Origin: the human T2T-CHM13v2.0 reference genome, Homo sapiens
Length of the DNA: 64,000 bases
NCBI RefSeq assembly: GCF_009914755.1
Contig: NC_060942.1
Reading direction: 5' to 3' (one strand)
The notes under the pieces are model-generated. The model did no database searches and had not been told where the DNA came from. It saw only the letters and a list, made by a program, of their open reading frames with translations. Position numbers and translations under genes: made by a program. Shown piece by piece: positions 1 to 15,307 of the stretch (position 1 is its first letter; every line of letters begins with the position of its first letter).

Positions 1-118
1 ATGAATGCTATATAGTAGTGAAGCCAATACATATTTATAAAAATTTAATTAATCACATAAGGTAACATAATCATGATTATATCATGATTCCAATCTTCTC
101 AGAATTGTTATACTTGCA

Positions 119-415
119 TTTTTTTTTTTTTTGAGACAATGTCTTGTTCTGTTGCCCAGGCTGGAGTGCAGTGGCACGATTACAGCTCACTGTGGCCTTG
201 ACCTCCCAGGCCCAGGTGATCCTCTCACCTCAGCCTCTTGAGTAGCTGGGACTACAGGTGTGTACCACCATGCCTGGCTAATTTTTTGTACTTTTGTAGA
301 GACAGGTTTTCCCAATGTTGCCCAGGCTGGTCTTTAACTCCTGGGCTCAAGCAATCTGCCTGCCTTGGCCTCCCAAAGTGCTGGGATTACAGACATGAGC
401 CACCGCGCCTGGCCC
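119..415 (-). mobile_element. Alu (J-like)
   Basis: Reverse Alu consensus, poly(T), TSD TATACTTGCA on both flanks. Confidence 0.95.
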
Positions 416-833
416 TATACTTGCAATTTTACCATTAAACAAAATAATCTGTAAGAACTGTATGTTAAATTTTTAAAAATGTCTTTTAGACCAAAAGTCT
501 TTTTTCTTAAGTTCTATTTGAAAAATTCTTTACATATCACGAGAATGAGATATTAAAAGCATAATGTCAATTTTGCCATCTCAGTTTTACAGGGAGAAAA
601 AAAGTACAAAACAACATACGTTAAATCCATAATGAACATTTTTTATTCCAGATACATACACTAAAAAGCTTGAACAATAGGGAAAAAAGGAAGTGTTAGA
701 GAAAAATTAGGTAGCCCACATTTTGTTCCTTCTAATAAACTTAAAAAAACAGATGTCATAAGAATGTTTTCTCATAGATTTGAGTTCATCAAACTAAACA
801 TTAAACATAAAAACTAAACATTAAAAGGCTTGC

Positions 834-1088
834 CTAAATGTTTGCTGTGTTCTTCCAACTGTTTTTTGGTAGTTGAAGTTAAAAAGTACTTTTGAGATTT
901 TCCCAGTCTTGGTACATAGTTCCTTTGAGAAAATACAGCACTGAAGTCCCTTTCTTGAGTTATATTCAATTGTGGATGAAGGATTGGTGCCATCGTCCAA
1001 TGTGCTGGTGACAATCTTGTCTCATAAAGGTGCACTTGAGTGACTACAGACGCGAATTCACAGCTGACAGCTTTGACAAATTTTGTTC
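834..1088 (-). CDS. Candidate exon A (255 nt, phase 1-1) of an unidentified minus-strand spliced ORF
   Basis: Acceptor ttattgtgtag|GAAC at 1088; open frame TKFVKAVSCEF...LEEHSKHL; ends at a putative non-canonical AG|GCAAGC donor at 834 or reads on to the stop at 814; unique sequence. Confidence 0.45.
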
Positions 1089-1300
1089 CTACACAATAAT
1101 GTCAAACTTTAAAACATTGGTTATTAAAATATGTAAGGGTAAAATTATAATCTTAATTAAATTTTTTGATAACATGCCATTTATCTTTGTACTTGAGAAG
1201 CTTAATCTGTGACGGTGGTATTCAACTTCTGCTTCTGCTTTGACAGAACCTGGATCTCTCTTAGCTTTGGCTGAATATTGTTTTTAAGATTTGGTAATTT

Positions 1301-1810
<510 letters not shown>

Positions 1811-1891
1811 ATAACTTATCTACAGTTTCTTTACATTTTTCCTCAACATCTGCAAAATCAATGTGGGTTGATAAAGGTCTAGTCTGTATTA

Positions 1892-2224
<333 letters not shown>

Positions 2225-2435
2225 TTATGATTATATTAAGAACTATAAGAAGTGCGCTTCCTTGAATGACTAAAAATTATTTTATATTTTTAATGGACAA
2301 AAGGCTCAAATAGACATGTCTTCAAAGAGGGTATATGAATGGCCAATAAGCGCATGAGAAGATGCTCAATACCGCTATAAGGGAAATGCAAATCAAAAGC
2401 ACAAGGAGCTATCACTTCATACCCGTTAGGATGCT

Positions 2436-2794
2436 ATATTAGTCCGTTTTTATGCTGCTAATTACCCACGACTGGGTAATTTATAAAGGAAGGAGATTTG
2501 ATTGACTTGGTTCAGCGTGGCTGGGAAGGCCTCAGAAAACTTACAATCATGGTGGAAGGGGAAGCAAACACGTCCTTCTTCACATGGCAGTGGCAAAGAT
2601 AATTGCTGAGCAAATGAGAGAAAAGCCCCTTAAAACCATCACATCTTGTGAGAACTCACTCACTATCACGAGGACAGGATAGGGGAAATGACCCCCATGA
2701 TTCAATTATCTTCTACCATGTCCCTCCCATGACATGTGGGGATTATGGGAACTACAAGATGAGATTTGGGTGGGGACACAGCCATACCGTATCA
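2436..2794. mobile_element. MaLR solo LTR (THE1/MST-like)
   Basis: tattagtcc...gagatttgggtggggacacagc...atca termini. Confidence 0.9.
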
Positions 2795-3036
2795 AATGGC
2801 TATTATAAATAACAAATGAACAGAAAATAAAAAGTGCTGGTGAAGATGTGGAAAAATTGGAACCTTTTTGCATTGCTGGTAGAAATATAAGATGGCACAG
2901 CTGCTGTGGAAGACAGGATGGTGGCTCCTCAAAAGATTCAACATAGAAATAACCATATGATCCAGCAATTCCACTTCTAGGTAACTACTCAAAATAACTA
3001 AAAGCCGGGACCCTAAAAAATATTTGTACATCCATT

Positions 3037-3463
3037 GTATTAGGCCATTCTTGCATTGCTATAAAGAAATACCTGAGGCTGGATGATGTAAAAAGAAAAG
3101 AGGTTAAATTGTCTCAAGGTTCTGCAGACTGTACAGGAAGCATGGTGCCAGCATCTACTTGGTTTCTGGGGAGGCCTCAGGGAGCTTTTACTCATGGTGA
3201 AAGGTGAAGTGGGAGCAGGCACTTCACATGGCGAAAACAGGAGCAAGTGAGCGAGAGAGAGAGACAGAGAGTTGTGGGGGAGGTGCCACACACTATAAAA
3301 TGACCAGATCTTCTGAGAACTCACTCACTGTCAACAAGACAGTACCAAGCCATGAGGAATCCACCCCCATGAGCCAAACATCTCCTACCAGGCCCCACCT
3401 CCAGGACTGGGGAATACAATTCAACATGAGATTTGGGTGGGGACAAATATTCAGACTATGTCA
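3037..3463. mobile_element. MaLR solo LTR (MST-like)
   Basis: tgtattaggccattcttgcattgctataaagaaatacctgag...ggggacaaatattcagactatgtca. Confidence 0.9.
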
Positions 3464-3742
3464 CCTATATGCTCATAGCAGTATTATTCACAACAGCCAA
3501 AAGGTGGAAACAGCCAAGTGTTCATTGATAGACGAATGAATAAACAAAATGTGGCATATCTATACAATGGAATGAGACTCAGCTTTTAAGAGGAAGGAAA
3601 TTCTCACACAGGCTACATCATGGATGGAACTTGAGGACATAACGGTAAGTGAAATAAACCAGTTACAAAAGGACAGATACTGTATGATGCCACTCAGATG
3701 AGGTGCCTATAGTAGTCAAATTGATGGAGAAAGGAAGAATGG

Positions 3743-4222
3743 GGCCGAGCACAGTGACTCACACCTATAATCCCAGCACTTTGGGGAGGCCGAGGTGGGC
3801 GGATCACATGAAGTCAGGAGTTCAAGATCAGTCTGGCTAACATGGTGAAACCCCATCTCTACTAAAAATACAAAAATTAGCCGGGCCTGGTGTTGTACGC
3901 CTGTAATCCCAGCTACTCAGGAGGCTGAGACAGGAGAATTGCTTGAACCGGGAAGCAGAGGTTGTGGTGAGCCAAGATCATGCCACTGCACTCCAGCCTG
4001 GGTGACAGAGCAAGACTCCATCTCAAAAAAAAAATAAAGAAAGAAAGAAGAAAGAGAGAGAGAGGAAGGAAGGAAGGAAGGAAGGGAAGAAAGGAAAGAA
4101 GGAAGGAAGGGAAGGAAGGAAAGAAGGAAGGAAGGAAGGAAGAGAGAGAGAGAAAGAAAAAAAGAAAGAAAGAAAGAAAGAAAGAAAGAAAAAAAGAAAG
4201 AAAGAAAGAAAAAGAAAGAAAG
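3743..4222 (+). mobile_element. Alu with tail expanded into about 200 bp of GAAA/GGAA purine repeat
   Basis: Alu 3743-4035 followed by a pure A/G tract. Confidence 0.95.
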
Positions 4223-5031
4223 AATAGTGGATGCCCAGGGTAGGGGGTAAGGGGGAGCAAGTAATGGGAGTTTAACGGGTACAGAGCTTCAGTTGGGGAA
4301 GATGAAAAAGTTCCATCCAAGACAAGTACACTCCTTTAGGTCCAGGGCTAGGACGTCTAAAAGGATGAAGGATGTATCCACACCAGAGACTTCAAGGGGG
4401 ATCCCAAGGTCAAAAACTGAGTTACATGAAAGCTTAAGGCTGCAGCACCCCCAGATACCTGAGTTCCTCCTGGTGCAGGCTCCCATCCTCTGCTTGAAGC
4501 TTCTTTGCCACCTGACCACCCTAGTCTTCACCCCGTAGCCTGTGCCTGGGGTGTTTCTCTCTGACGTAGCCCTGGGTGTCTGACCCATTGGTCAATCTCC
4601 ATGACTGCAGATCAGCTCTCAAGAATGCTGTGCCTTGGGGTCTATGCAGGCCTCTGGACTCAAGCTCTGAAACGCTGTAAACCAATCCTGTCCGGCGAGC
4701 CCTGGCCCCACTCATTCTTTTAGGACAGGGTTTAGCATCATTCTTGTTAAACAGTATCAGTGCTCACTAGAGACACTGAAGGTTCACGTGGGAAACATAT
4801 ATTATTTGAAAAAAAGGGCAAATAAGTTTTCACTTTTATCTCAACTCTCAGGAAGTCCTGGTCTCAAAGCAGGCAAATGCCCAAGAAACCAGGCTTATGA
4901 CACAAGTGTTATTCACGCAGAAAACAATTTACAGAGTGCCTGTGCTCCAGTATTAGTGTTCTGTAAGGGTAAAAAGCGTTCAAGGAGTTCACAGTCTAGG
5001 CCAGAAGAAGCGGCTTGCGAAAGTAGTGGTT

Positions 5032-5660
5032 TGCTGCTGTAATCTTACCACTTTGGGTTCAGGAGGCCAAGGCAGGAGGATGACTTGAGGCTAGGAGTCT
5101 GGGACCAGCCTGGGCAACATAGCGAGACTCTGTCTCTACAAAAATTAAAAAATTAGGCCAGGCATGGTGGCTTACACCTGTAATCCCAGCACTTTGGGAG
5201 GCCAAGGCAGGTGGATCACAAGGTCAGGAGTTTGAGACCAGCCTGGCCAACATAGTGAAACCCCATCTCTACTTAAAATACAAAAAATTAGCCAGGCATG
5301 GTGGTGGGCACCTGTAACCCCATCTACTCTGCAGGCTGAGGCAGGAGAATTGCTTGAACCTAGGAGGCGGAGGTTGCAGTGAGCCAAGATCACGCCATTG
5401 TACTTCAGCCCAGGTGATAGTGCAAGACTCCGTCTCAAATAAAATAAAATAAAATAAAATAAAATAAAATAAAATAAAATAAAATAAAATAAAATAAAAT
5501 AAGCCAGGCCTGGTGGCATACCTGTAGTTCCAGCTACTTAGGAGGCTAAGGCAGGAGGATCACTTGAGGCAACAAATTTGAGGCTGCAGTGAGCCTTGAT
5601 TGTGTCGTTGCTCGCCAGCCTGGGCAACACAGTGAGACCTTGTCTCTAAAAATATAAAAA
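5032..5660 (+). mobile_element. Older Alu split by a younger Alu (5156-5500) with (TAAAA)n tail
   Basis: Left arm ends about 5155, right arm resumes about 5501. Confidence 0.85.
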
Positions 5661-6757
5661 AGGAGCTCACAGTCTAGAGACAACAAAGTAAAAGAATTGT
5701 AACAAAATGCACTAAGGGCTCTGACAGAAGGAAGCAGAAGGTGCTCTGGGAACACACAGGGTGGATCTGAGAAGACTGGGCAGAAATACTTGGTCAGGGA
5801 TCCTAAGAGAAGCATGTCGTCTTTTGTAAATGCTGAACATGCCTAGTAGCAGGCGTCAGTTTTCTGTGTCCTCCTTCGTGAGGGAAATGGACCTGGGGGG
5901 AGGCTCAGCGCTCACCTTAGCCATGTGCAGGGGGTAGAGTTGTGAGCACAGTGCTTCGAGGATAAAGTGACCTCCCCCACTACCATCCATTTGTGGGCAC
6001 CCAGGTGGCCTTGCCTGTAGCTCCCCACCCTCTGCGCCCAAGCCCCAGGTCAGCTCAGACACCGTTTCTGGAGACAGGTGAGCCTAATAAACCTTGAATT
6101 GTGAATAATTATCATTTCCAATTTACTTTCAATCTGTGAAATGTACATGAACTAATTTGTATAGTTGTCTATTTAGTGTGTCTTTTTCCCCACTTTTATT
6201 CTAGATAACCATTTCCATGCAGATAATTTAAAGGGGTTTTATTTCATGGAATTCACTGAGAGCCTGTCTGTAGATTCGCTTGTAGGGAGTCCTGGTCTAG
6301 CAAGATGAACAGATTTCCTCTGAGTACATTTCAGTTAATCCATGGGCATGGGCACACAGTCACACCTCATTGTGAAGTCTGCTGAAACGGCACACCTGGT
6401 GTTTGTCTGCAGGTCTGTTCTTGCAACTAATGAGCATGGATTGGAGCTCGTCGGTGTGTTTTTCCCTGTGTTCAGCTCTCCACCTGTGGCCACCATGTCA
6501 CTAATACTCTATTCTGCCTGCTTTTGTCTAGAGGACTAGCACAAGAATGTGCAAACAATTTCCTGTCGCATATTTATTTAAATTGTATTTGATGACTAAA
6601 GAGATGATGTTTATTCAAGGACAAGTATCATATTTGAACAAGTATCATATTGAGAAAATTATATAATTGACATGCTTTAGTTTACCATAAATTCAATCAA
6701 CCCCCTTGGGTTAGGGAGCTTAGCTGCCTGCTGAGTGAGTTGCATAATACATGTATA

Positions 6758-7757
<1,000 letters not shown>

Positions 7758-8384
7758 CATACATAAAGCTTGTGCTGAAAGCCTGTACAAATCTCACAAA
7801 TTTGCATTAAAGAATAACTGCTTCTTTTTAAATTTCAATGAACATGTTTTAAAAATAGAAGTGGTGGCACCGTTGGGGAGATTTTCAAAATTTCATATAG
7901 TAAGAATCTATGATCGTTTCCCCAAAAGACACCTTTGTATTGAAGAAAAGCAAGCAATAGACCAGGAGGTCTGTGTTCTGAATCCCTTCAGACCTTGCTA
8001 AACAGGCAGCTGGGATGAGACTAGCCTGGAAAGAGGCCCTCAGGATTTGACCAGGGCATTGTGGCCAAGACCTTCCCCTCCCCTAAACAGCAACACCTTG
8101 TATAGCAGTACAATGAGAATGCAAAATAGATGACATGGATGGCTACAATTAGGATATGGCTTTTCTCATCTTCTCTTTTTTCTTGCAGGAAAGAGTAAAG
8201 AAATCTGTGTTTTTTTTTTTTAAATTAAAGAACAGTGATAGTGATCTTTTTGGTAAGGTTCAATGGGAAACATTATCTGAATGGAATCAATAATTTGTGG
8301 GGTAGGCTCTTGAGTCAAAAAGGGGAGAAGAATTCCCTGGAAGGTCCGTGAGGTTGCTTGTCTTGCCTTGATTAGTAGTGTTTC

Positions 8385-8594
8385 CTGGCCAGCATGGGCA
8401 ACATAGTGAGACTCTGTCTCTACAAAAAATATGAGAATTACCCAGGTGTGGTGGTGCACCTCTGTAGTCCAAGCTACTTGGGACGGTGAGGTGGAGGATA
8501 GCTTGAGCCCAGGAATTTGAGGCTACAGTGGGCTATGATGGTACCACTGCACTCTAGCCTGGGCAACAGAGTAAGACCCCATTAAAAAAAAAAA
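8385..8594 (+). mobile_element. 5'-truncated Alu
   Basis: Alu consensus, A tail. Confidence 0.9.
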
Positions 8595-8649
8595 GTCTTG
8601 AAAGAAACTCTAGATTCCAAAGACACACATCATCTCTCAAAATGATGCA

Positions 8650-8694
8650 TGGATTACTCAGGGTTGTTCAGGGAAACAGAACTTATAGGAGATA

Positions 8695-8747
<53 letters not shown>

Positions 8748-8752
8748 AAGAT

Positions 8753-8804
<52 letters not shown>

Positions 8805-9260
8805 GGATAGATAGATAGATGATAGATAGATAGATGATAGATAGAAAGATAGAAAGAAAGATAGATGATAGATAGAAAGAAAGAAAGATAGATAGATAGA
8901 TAGGAACTGATTTTAAGGAATTGGTTTATGCGAGTGTGGAGTCTGGTAAGTCCAAAATCAGCAGAGTAGGTTGCAGGCTGGAGACCCAGGGAAGAGATGA
9001 TGCTGTAGCTCAAATCTGAAGGCTGTCTGCTGGCAGAATTCCCTCACCTCTAGGGCAGGTCAGCCTTTTTCTATTAAGGCCTTGAACTGGTTGGATAAGG
9101 CCCACCCACTTTATAGAGGATGATCTGCTTTACTCAAAGTCTACTGATTTAAATGTTAATCTCATCTAAAAAATGCTTTCACAGAAACAGCTAGAGTAAT
9201 GTCTGAATAGATCCAAATACTGTGGCTGAGCAAGGTTGACATATGAAATTAACCATCACA
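8650..9260. mobile_element. MLT2-type (ERVL) solo LTR
   Basis: cagggttgttcagggaaacagaac...aaattaaccatcaca. Confidence 0.85.
8696..8902. repeat. Compound (GATA)n/(GAAA) microsatellite
   Basis: Direct reading. Confidence 0.98.
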
Positions 9261-9421
9261 GTGCTTCATAAATAATCATTGATTGAAGAGATATCTAGCG
9301 TTTTACTCTGTAGAATCCTGTGCAGTTGCACAAAAGTGACCTGCTGTTGATTCTACTCTGAAACATTTGATGTAACAGTTTTCCAAACAGCAAGAAATAT
9401 TTAGGGGGTTCAAAAAAAAAG

Positions 9422-9750
9422 ACTAGGCATGGTGGCTCACACTTGTAATTCCAACACTTTGGGAGGCCTAGGTGGATCCCTTGAGGCCAGGAGTTGCAGA
9501 CCAGCCTGGACAACTCTGTACAAGACCCTGGCTGTACAAAACAAATTTTCAAAAATTTTGCCCGTGCGTAGCATGTGCCTGTAGTCCTAGTTGTTTGGGA
9601 GGCTGAGGTGGGAGGACCACTTAAGCCAAGGAGTTCAAAGCTGCAGTGGGCTACAATTGTACCACTGCACTCCAGCCGGGTGACAGATCAAGACCCTGTC
9701 TCTAAAAAACCAAAACCGAAAACAAACAAAGAAACGAACAAACAAAAAAC
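9422..9750 (+). mobile_element. Diverged Alu (J-like)
   Basis: Alu consensus. Confidence 0.9.
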
Positions 9751-10119
9751 CCAACTAAATGTTGTTGGTGTCTTTCCTATAACTTTCTATCCAAAATTTA
9801 CCCTCAGACAGAATATAGTAAGTTCCTTATTTTCCATGATAATAAGAATGTGAGACCCATTCTTGTACTAATGGGTTCTGTTATGCTACTGCTGGAACCC
9901 TGGTAACTAGGGCAGTGCCTGGCATGGGGTTGAACACTAAGGAAATATGGATGAATGAATAAATGAATTCATGACGATGGAACCAAGCAGCCACAGAAAG
10001 TGCAATTAGAAAAATGTGATTAGGATATCACATGTATATTTTCTATGATAAAAGTTAGCATCAATCCACATTCATAGAAGAAATTTCACTTCAATTTAAT
10101 CTAAAAAATTTCATCTTCT

Positions 10120-10423
10120 TGGCTGGGCACAGTGGCTCACGCCTGTAATTTCAGCACTTTGGGAGGCTGAGGCAGGTGGATCACTTGAGGTCAGGGGTCC
10201 GAGACCAGCCTGGCCAACATGGTGAAACCCCAAAATACAAAAATATGTCTACCAAAAATACAAGAATTAGCCGGATGTGGTGGTGCATGCCTGTAATCTC
10301 AGCTACTCAGGAGGCTGAAGCAAGAGAATCACTTGAACACGGGAGGCGGAGGTTGCAATGACCTGAGATCACACCATTGCATTCCAGCTTGTGCGACACA
10401 GCAAGACTCTCAAAAAAAAAAAA
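10120..10423 (+). mobile_element. Alu
   Basis: Alu consensus, TSD ending TCATCTTCTT. Confidence 0.95.
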
Positions 10424-11150
10424 ATCATCTTCTTGCCTGGAGAACAGGTTTATTGAAGCAGCAATTGTTAAGTAAAATACGAAGATTGTGTCAAAATATA
10501 TTCTGCATGGAATCTTTCAGACACACCAAACGTTGAAATAATGTACTTGTTTCTAGTGAGAATTCTCAGTGGAGCCAGCCCCGGGGCTTATTAGTGGGCA
10601 ACCGCACAGGGTGCAGAACTGCTTTTCACAACACATCTCCCTGACAGCCATCTCAAGGCATCAAACGCCTAAAGTTCCACCATCTGGGGTGTGTCCCTTT
10701 GAATCTTAAGGGGATTTTAGGATTTTAGGTTTCTAGCATTCTTGATCAAAATGTAAATGTAAATACCTCACAAAGAATAACATGTTAAAAATGTCATATT
10801 AGCACTGGGCAGGGATCAACTCCATCTATCAGCCATCAACTGGATGCCCCATGTATCTTTTTCTAAGTTATGATTTTTCCAGTTCTAATAATTCAAAAAT
10901 ATCCATAATCAATTCCTCCCTTACAACCATAAAGGAATCATATCTTGTGAAAGATATGGGGTTTATGTATATAGTTTTTTTCTTCCTTATGCATTTAGGT
11001 AGATTTGCATAATAAATAATCTAATTGTTTTCACATTTAGGGAAGGGAGGAATGTTCCAAGCTCTTTATGCTGAGGGAAGAGTAATGGCTGTGGAATGCA
11101 GTTGAATGACTTTCTGCTGACGTGCTCCTTCTGGTTGCTAGGGTACTCAC

Positions 11151-11181
11151 CCATATGTTTATACACTTCTGTAAAAACGAC
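11151..11181 (-). CDS. Candidate 31-nt micro-exon B (phase 0-1), VVFTEVYKHM
   Basis: Acceptor ccgttcttcattccttag|G and consensus donor TGG|GTGAGT; phases bridge exons C and A. Confidence 0.5.
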
Positions 11182-12152
11182 CTAAGGAATGAAGAACGGA
11201 TGCAAGCACTTCAGGGATTTGGAGATCACTTTCACAAACCTATTAAATTTTTCTTTCATCTGTCCTTCCAAAGTCAGAACCATATATTTAACAGAAAACA
11301 TGACCAAGAAATGTTTATATAAATTCATAGTTGGATCGTTGGGTTTTGATAGAATAATATCATTGGAGCAAATATTACACTTGGAAATGCACTTTAAAAA
11401 TAAGCCAAAAGCCTATAAGAATAATGTTTCCTATTTGTGTGTTAAGGTTGATCATAACTATATTTACCTTAATACCCATTGTTCAAGTTATAACCTCAGG
11501 ATGATACACAAAAACATGCAGTTTTGTCTAGAAAAACTTGTATCTATTTGGTTCCCCAGGTAAATTTTTGTTGTATTAGTTTTAAAATCACACAAGATAC
11601 AAATGGCTTAACAGTGGTAAAGTCATGTTCTCTGAGAAAAGCACTTCCATTCCCTAATTTTATTTTCTTTTTGTAATAGATATACTGGAAAATGATGGAT
11701 AGCAACTTGTGCCTTTTTTTTGATACAACTAGAAGCGGTACAATAACAGCTTCTCTGTGGCAGCTCCAACCACATCTCCTAGAGTGATGGTGAGGATTAG
11801 ATAGAACAATGTATTAAAGTTTCTAGCAAAATACCCAGCATAGGGTAGCCACTCTCCAAATATTAGTTTCCCTTGCTTACTCTAAAGGATTTAAAATTAC
11901 ATATTTAATTTCAAAAAATTGAAAAGTTGAATGATTATGTAATCAGAATTTTCATTAATTGGAATTTTCATGAATCAGAATTTTTAGGCAAAAGTTTTAT
12001 GAATTGGAATTTTCAGGCAAAATTCTATTATAGCTCAAGTTACTTTTTTGTGTTTATATTTTAAATCAAACCAAATGACTAAAAAAGTTTTCTAGGAAGG
12101 GACTGAAACCCTTTCTCTCCTTCTTTTAACAAGGCCCAACTGTTAACACTGA

Positions 12153-12456
<304 letters not shown>

Positions 12457-12749
12457 TAACGCTGAACTCAGCCTGCAGTGTAAACATTCTGTATACATTA
12501 CTGCCCTTTTGTCAAGGTCAAGAACACGCTACACGCTGTTCAAGGGTGTATCTGTAAAGAAAACGTGCTTATAATTAGTACAATGAACATTATTTGCTAG
12601 GCAAAAATACAAGTATTTTCTGGTCTAAACTGATATTCAGTGGTCTTGTGTAATGACGCATTTTAGAAGTCTAATAAATCACTCCCAGAACTATGTATCC
12701 ACTGTAAATCAACAAGTCAACAAGACTTTCTTTAAAAATTTTAAACACG

Positions 12750-13043
<294 letters not shown>

Positions 13044-13733
13044 TTAAACAATTTTAGAGTAGAATAATATACTTCCTTGTAACATATTCATACTGACACA
13101 AAGCCAGGGGTATTTGAGGAAATCTCTTGCCCTTTGCAATTCTCCTCTCATACTTCTTTTTATACTAAATTTTTGGCATGGCTCTGTTCTGACGGATGGA
13201 TCTCTTACAAACCTATTCTGTTTCCTAACCCATTCATTTCACTAAATAAAGGTTCGAACCCCTATTGGTCAACATGCTTTTATCTCCTGTTATAAATACA
13301 CCAAGCAGTCAGGGCCCTCTCTTTCACAGATGACCATTATTTCTCACCGACCAGCCCCCAACCTCGGCATCCAGAATTTAGGGCCAACAGTGTCGGAACT
13401 GTACTTGCTAGTAGTTACCTAGGTAATTTCAAGATGCCCATCTTTCAGAATGTTTAAAAATGAAAGTTCTTAAGGTGACAGTCTCTCAAATAACAGATAA
13501 AGAAATTAGGCAAGGTACTGCTGTCTCCATCTCTGTAAAATAAAACCTAGGCACTTTCACTGATAATAGACTAGCACCAACATGCAGTCAGTAACACGGG
13601 ACACTAAAAACAAGCCATTTGGATCACACAAAGAAGAATATTGACTCGTGCCACTTTAAAACATGTGATATTATTTGGCATTCACAATTCTTTCCCTATT
13701 TGTTGTCTGTATTGAATTTTTCCTTTGACTTAG

Positions 13734-13932
13734 TGCACTTGCTCATGTATCTTGCCCTCTTTTAAACCTTGGTTGGTGACGGTTCTTTGCACAATTGCGG
13801 AGGTCTTTTGCTACTCCAATTGCATAAATAACTGAAGTAAGGCTGCAAAAGTCAACCGAGCTTGGGCATCAAGGACAATGAAGTTGCTGAGTATCTCTTG
13901 TGCCTCATTGACTCCTTTCCAGTCAGGAGACG
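13734..13932 (+). other. Candidate plus-strand exon P1 (ATG at 13878)
   Basis: Acceptor tttttcctttgacttag|T, consensus donor ACG|GTAAGT; ACAATGA start context. Confidence 0.4.
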
Positions 13933-14474
13933 GTAAGTGCTTCGTACTAAGTGATTATGCTCCAGGAAACTCCAGTGTGTTAGGAGCAGGCCCATTGGCT
14001 GTGCCATGCATCACAGCCCTGGGCAATCGCAAAGTCTAGGGCAAACAATATGAACAGCGAGATTGTTGCTCCCCTGTTTTTTATGGGAGAGATAAACCTG
14101 AAATGGCTCAGGCTAGAGAAGCTGCTGGGAATAAGGGGGGTCCCCAGCAGCCATGTTCAGTCACCTCCTGGCTCCTACACATGACAACTCGTGCAAATGC
14201 AAAGAAGTAGGTCCGGAGCTTTCCATCACATCTCAATACCCTAAGACCAAAGATCCTTCCAGGCTAAGGACTCAATACAAATACACAAACCTAGATGCTG
14301 TACAACATATGGCTCCATTTTGAAATATGGCTATGGAGAGGGAGGGCTGGGAATATCATTTACTGAGTGTCTATTGTGTCTCGGGCTCTGTGCACATTGC
14401 ATTTTGAGCTCACAAGAACTCTGTGAGGAAGTACTATCTCTGACAAAAGAAAGAAAACTGCTGAGACAAACTGA

Positions 14475-14885
<411 letters not shown>

Positions 14886-15307
14886 TAGGAGCATGACTAG
14901 GGTAATGGAAGAGGAAGACTTGCAATGCATGGAGTTTAGCCAGAGCTTCAGTTCCCTTGCTCATCCTCCTCCCTTCATCTCTATCTCCTCCTTCTCCCTC
15001 TAGCACTGACAGTGTTCAAACAAGACCTCAAGCTACCTAGGCCTGACTTTCCTCATCTGCAAACTTAGGGGTTGGCCTGGTGACAAGACAGTGGCACCGA
15101 CCAAAATATGAGCCTGTTGTGACAGAGCCCATGCATGGCCTTGCTGGGTCTGGACAAACTATACACTCCCACTCTTCTTGTGGCACTGACTTGGGGTTTC
15201 TTGTTCTGATTTGATTTCCAGGGACCCTCCCTGGGTCACAAAATCTGTAACCCCTGGAATACTGCGTAATGCAAACTGAACCGGATAGTTGTTTATCTAG
15301 CTCTTAC

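Larger units (their letters stand above)
2290..4315 (+). mobile_element. Old L1 (L1M-type) 3' end interrupted by two MaLR LTRs and an Alu
   Basis: L1 3' motifs (gggaaatgcaaatcaaaa, ccatatgatccagcaattccact, catggatggaacttgaggacat) resume after each insert. Confidence 0.85.

Noticed and set aside
432-447. Possible 16-nt minus-strand micro-exon downstream of exon A
   Set aside because: Weak donor (GTAAAA), very short, and cannot be tested within the window
3913-4320. Phe/Leu/Ser-rich and Lys/Arg/Glu-rich ORFs (also 8654-9013, 23320-24377)
   Set aside because: Microsatellite translations
6621-6654. 17-bp tandem duplication ACAAGTATCATATTTGA (a similar 20-bp duplication is at 791-825)
   Set aside because: Ordinary slippage duplication with no functional context
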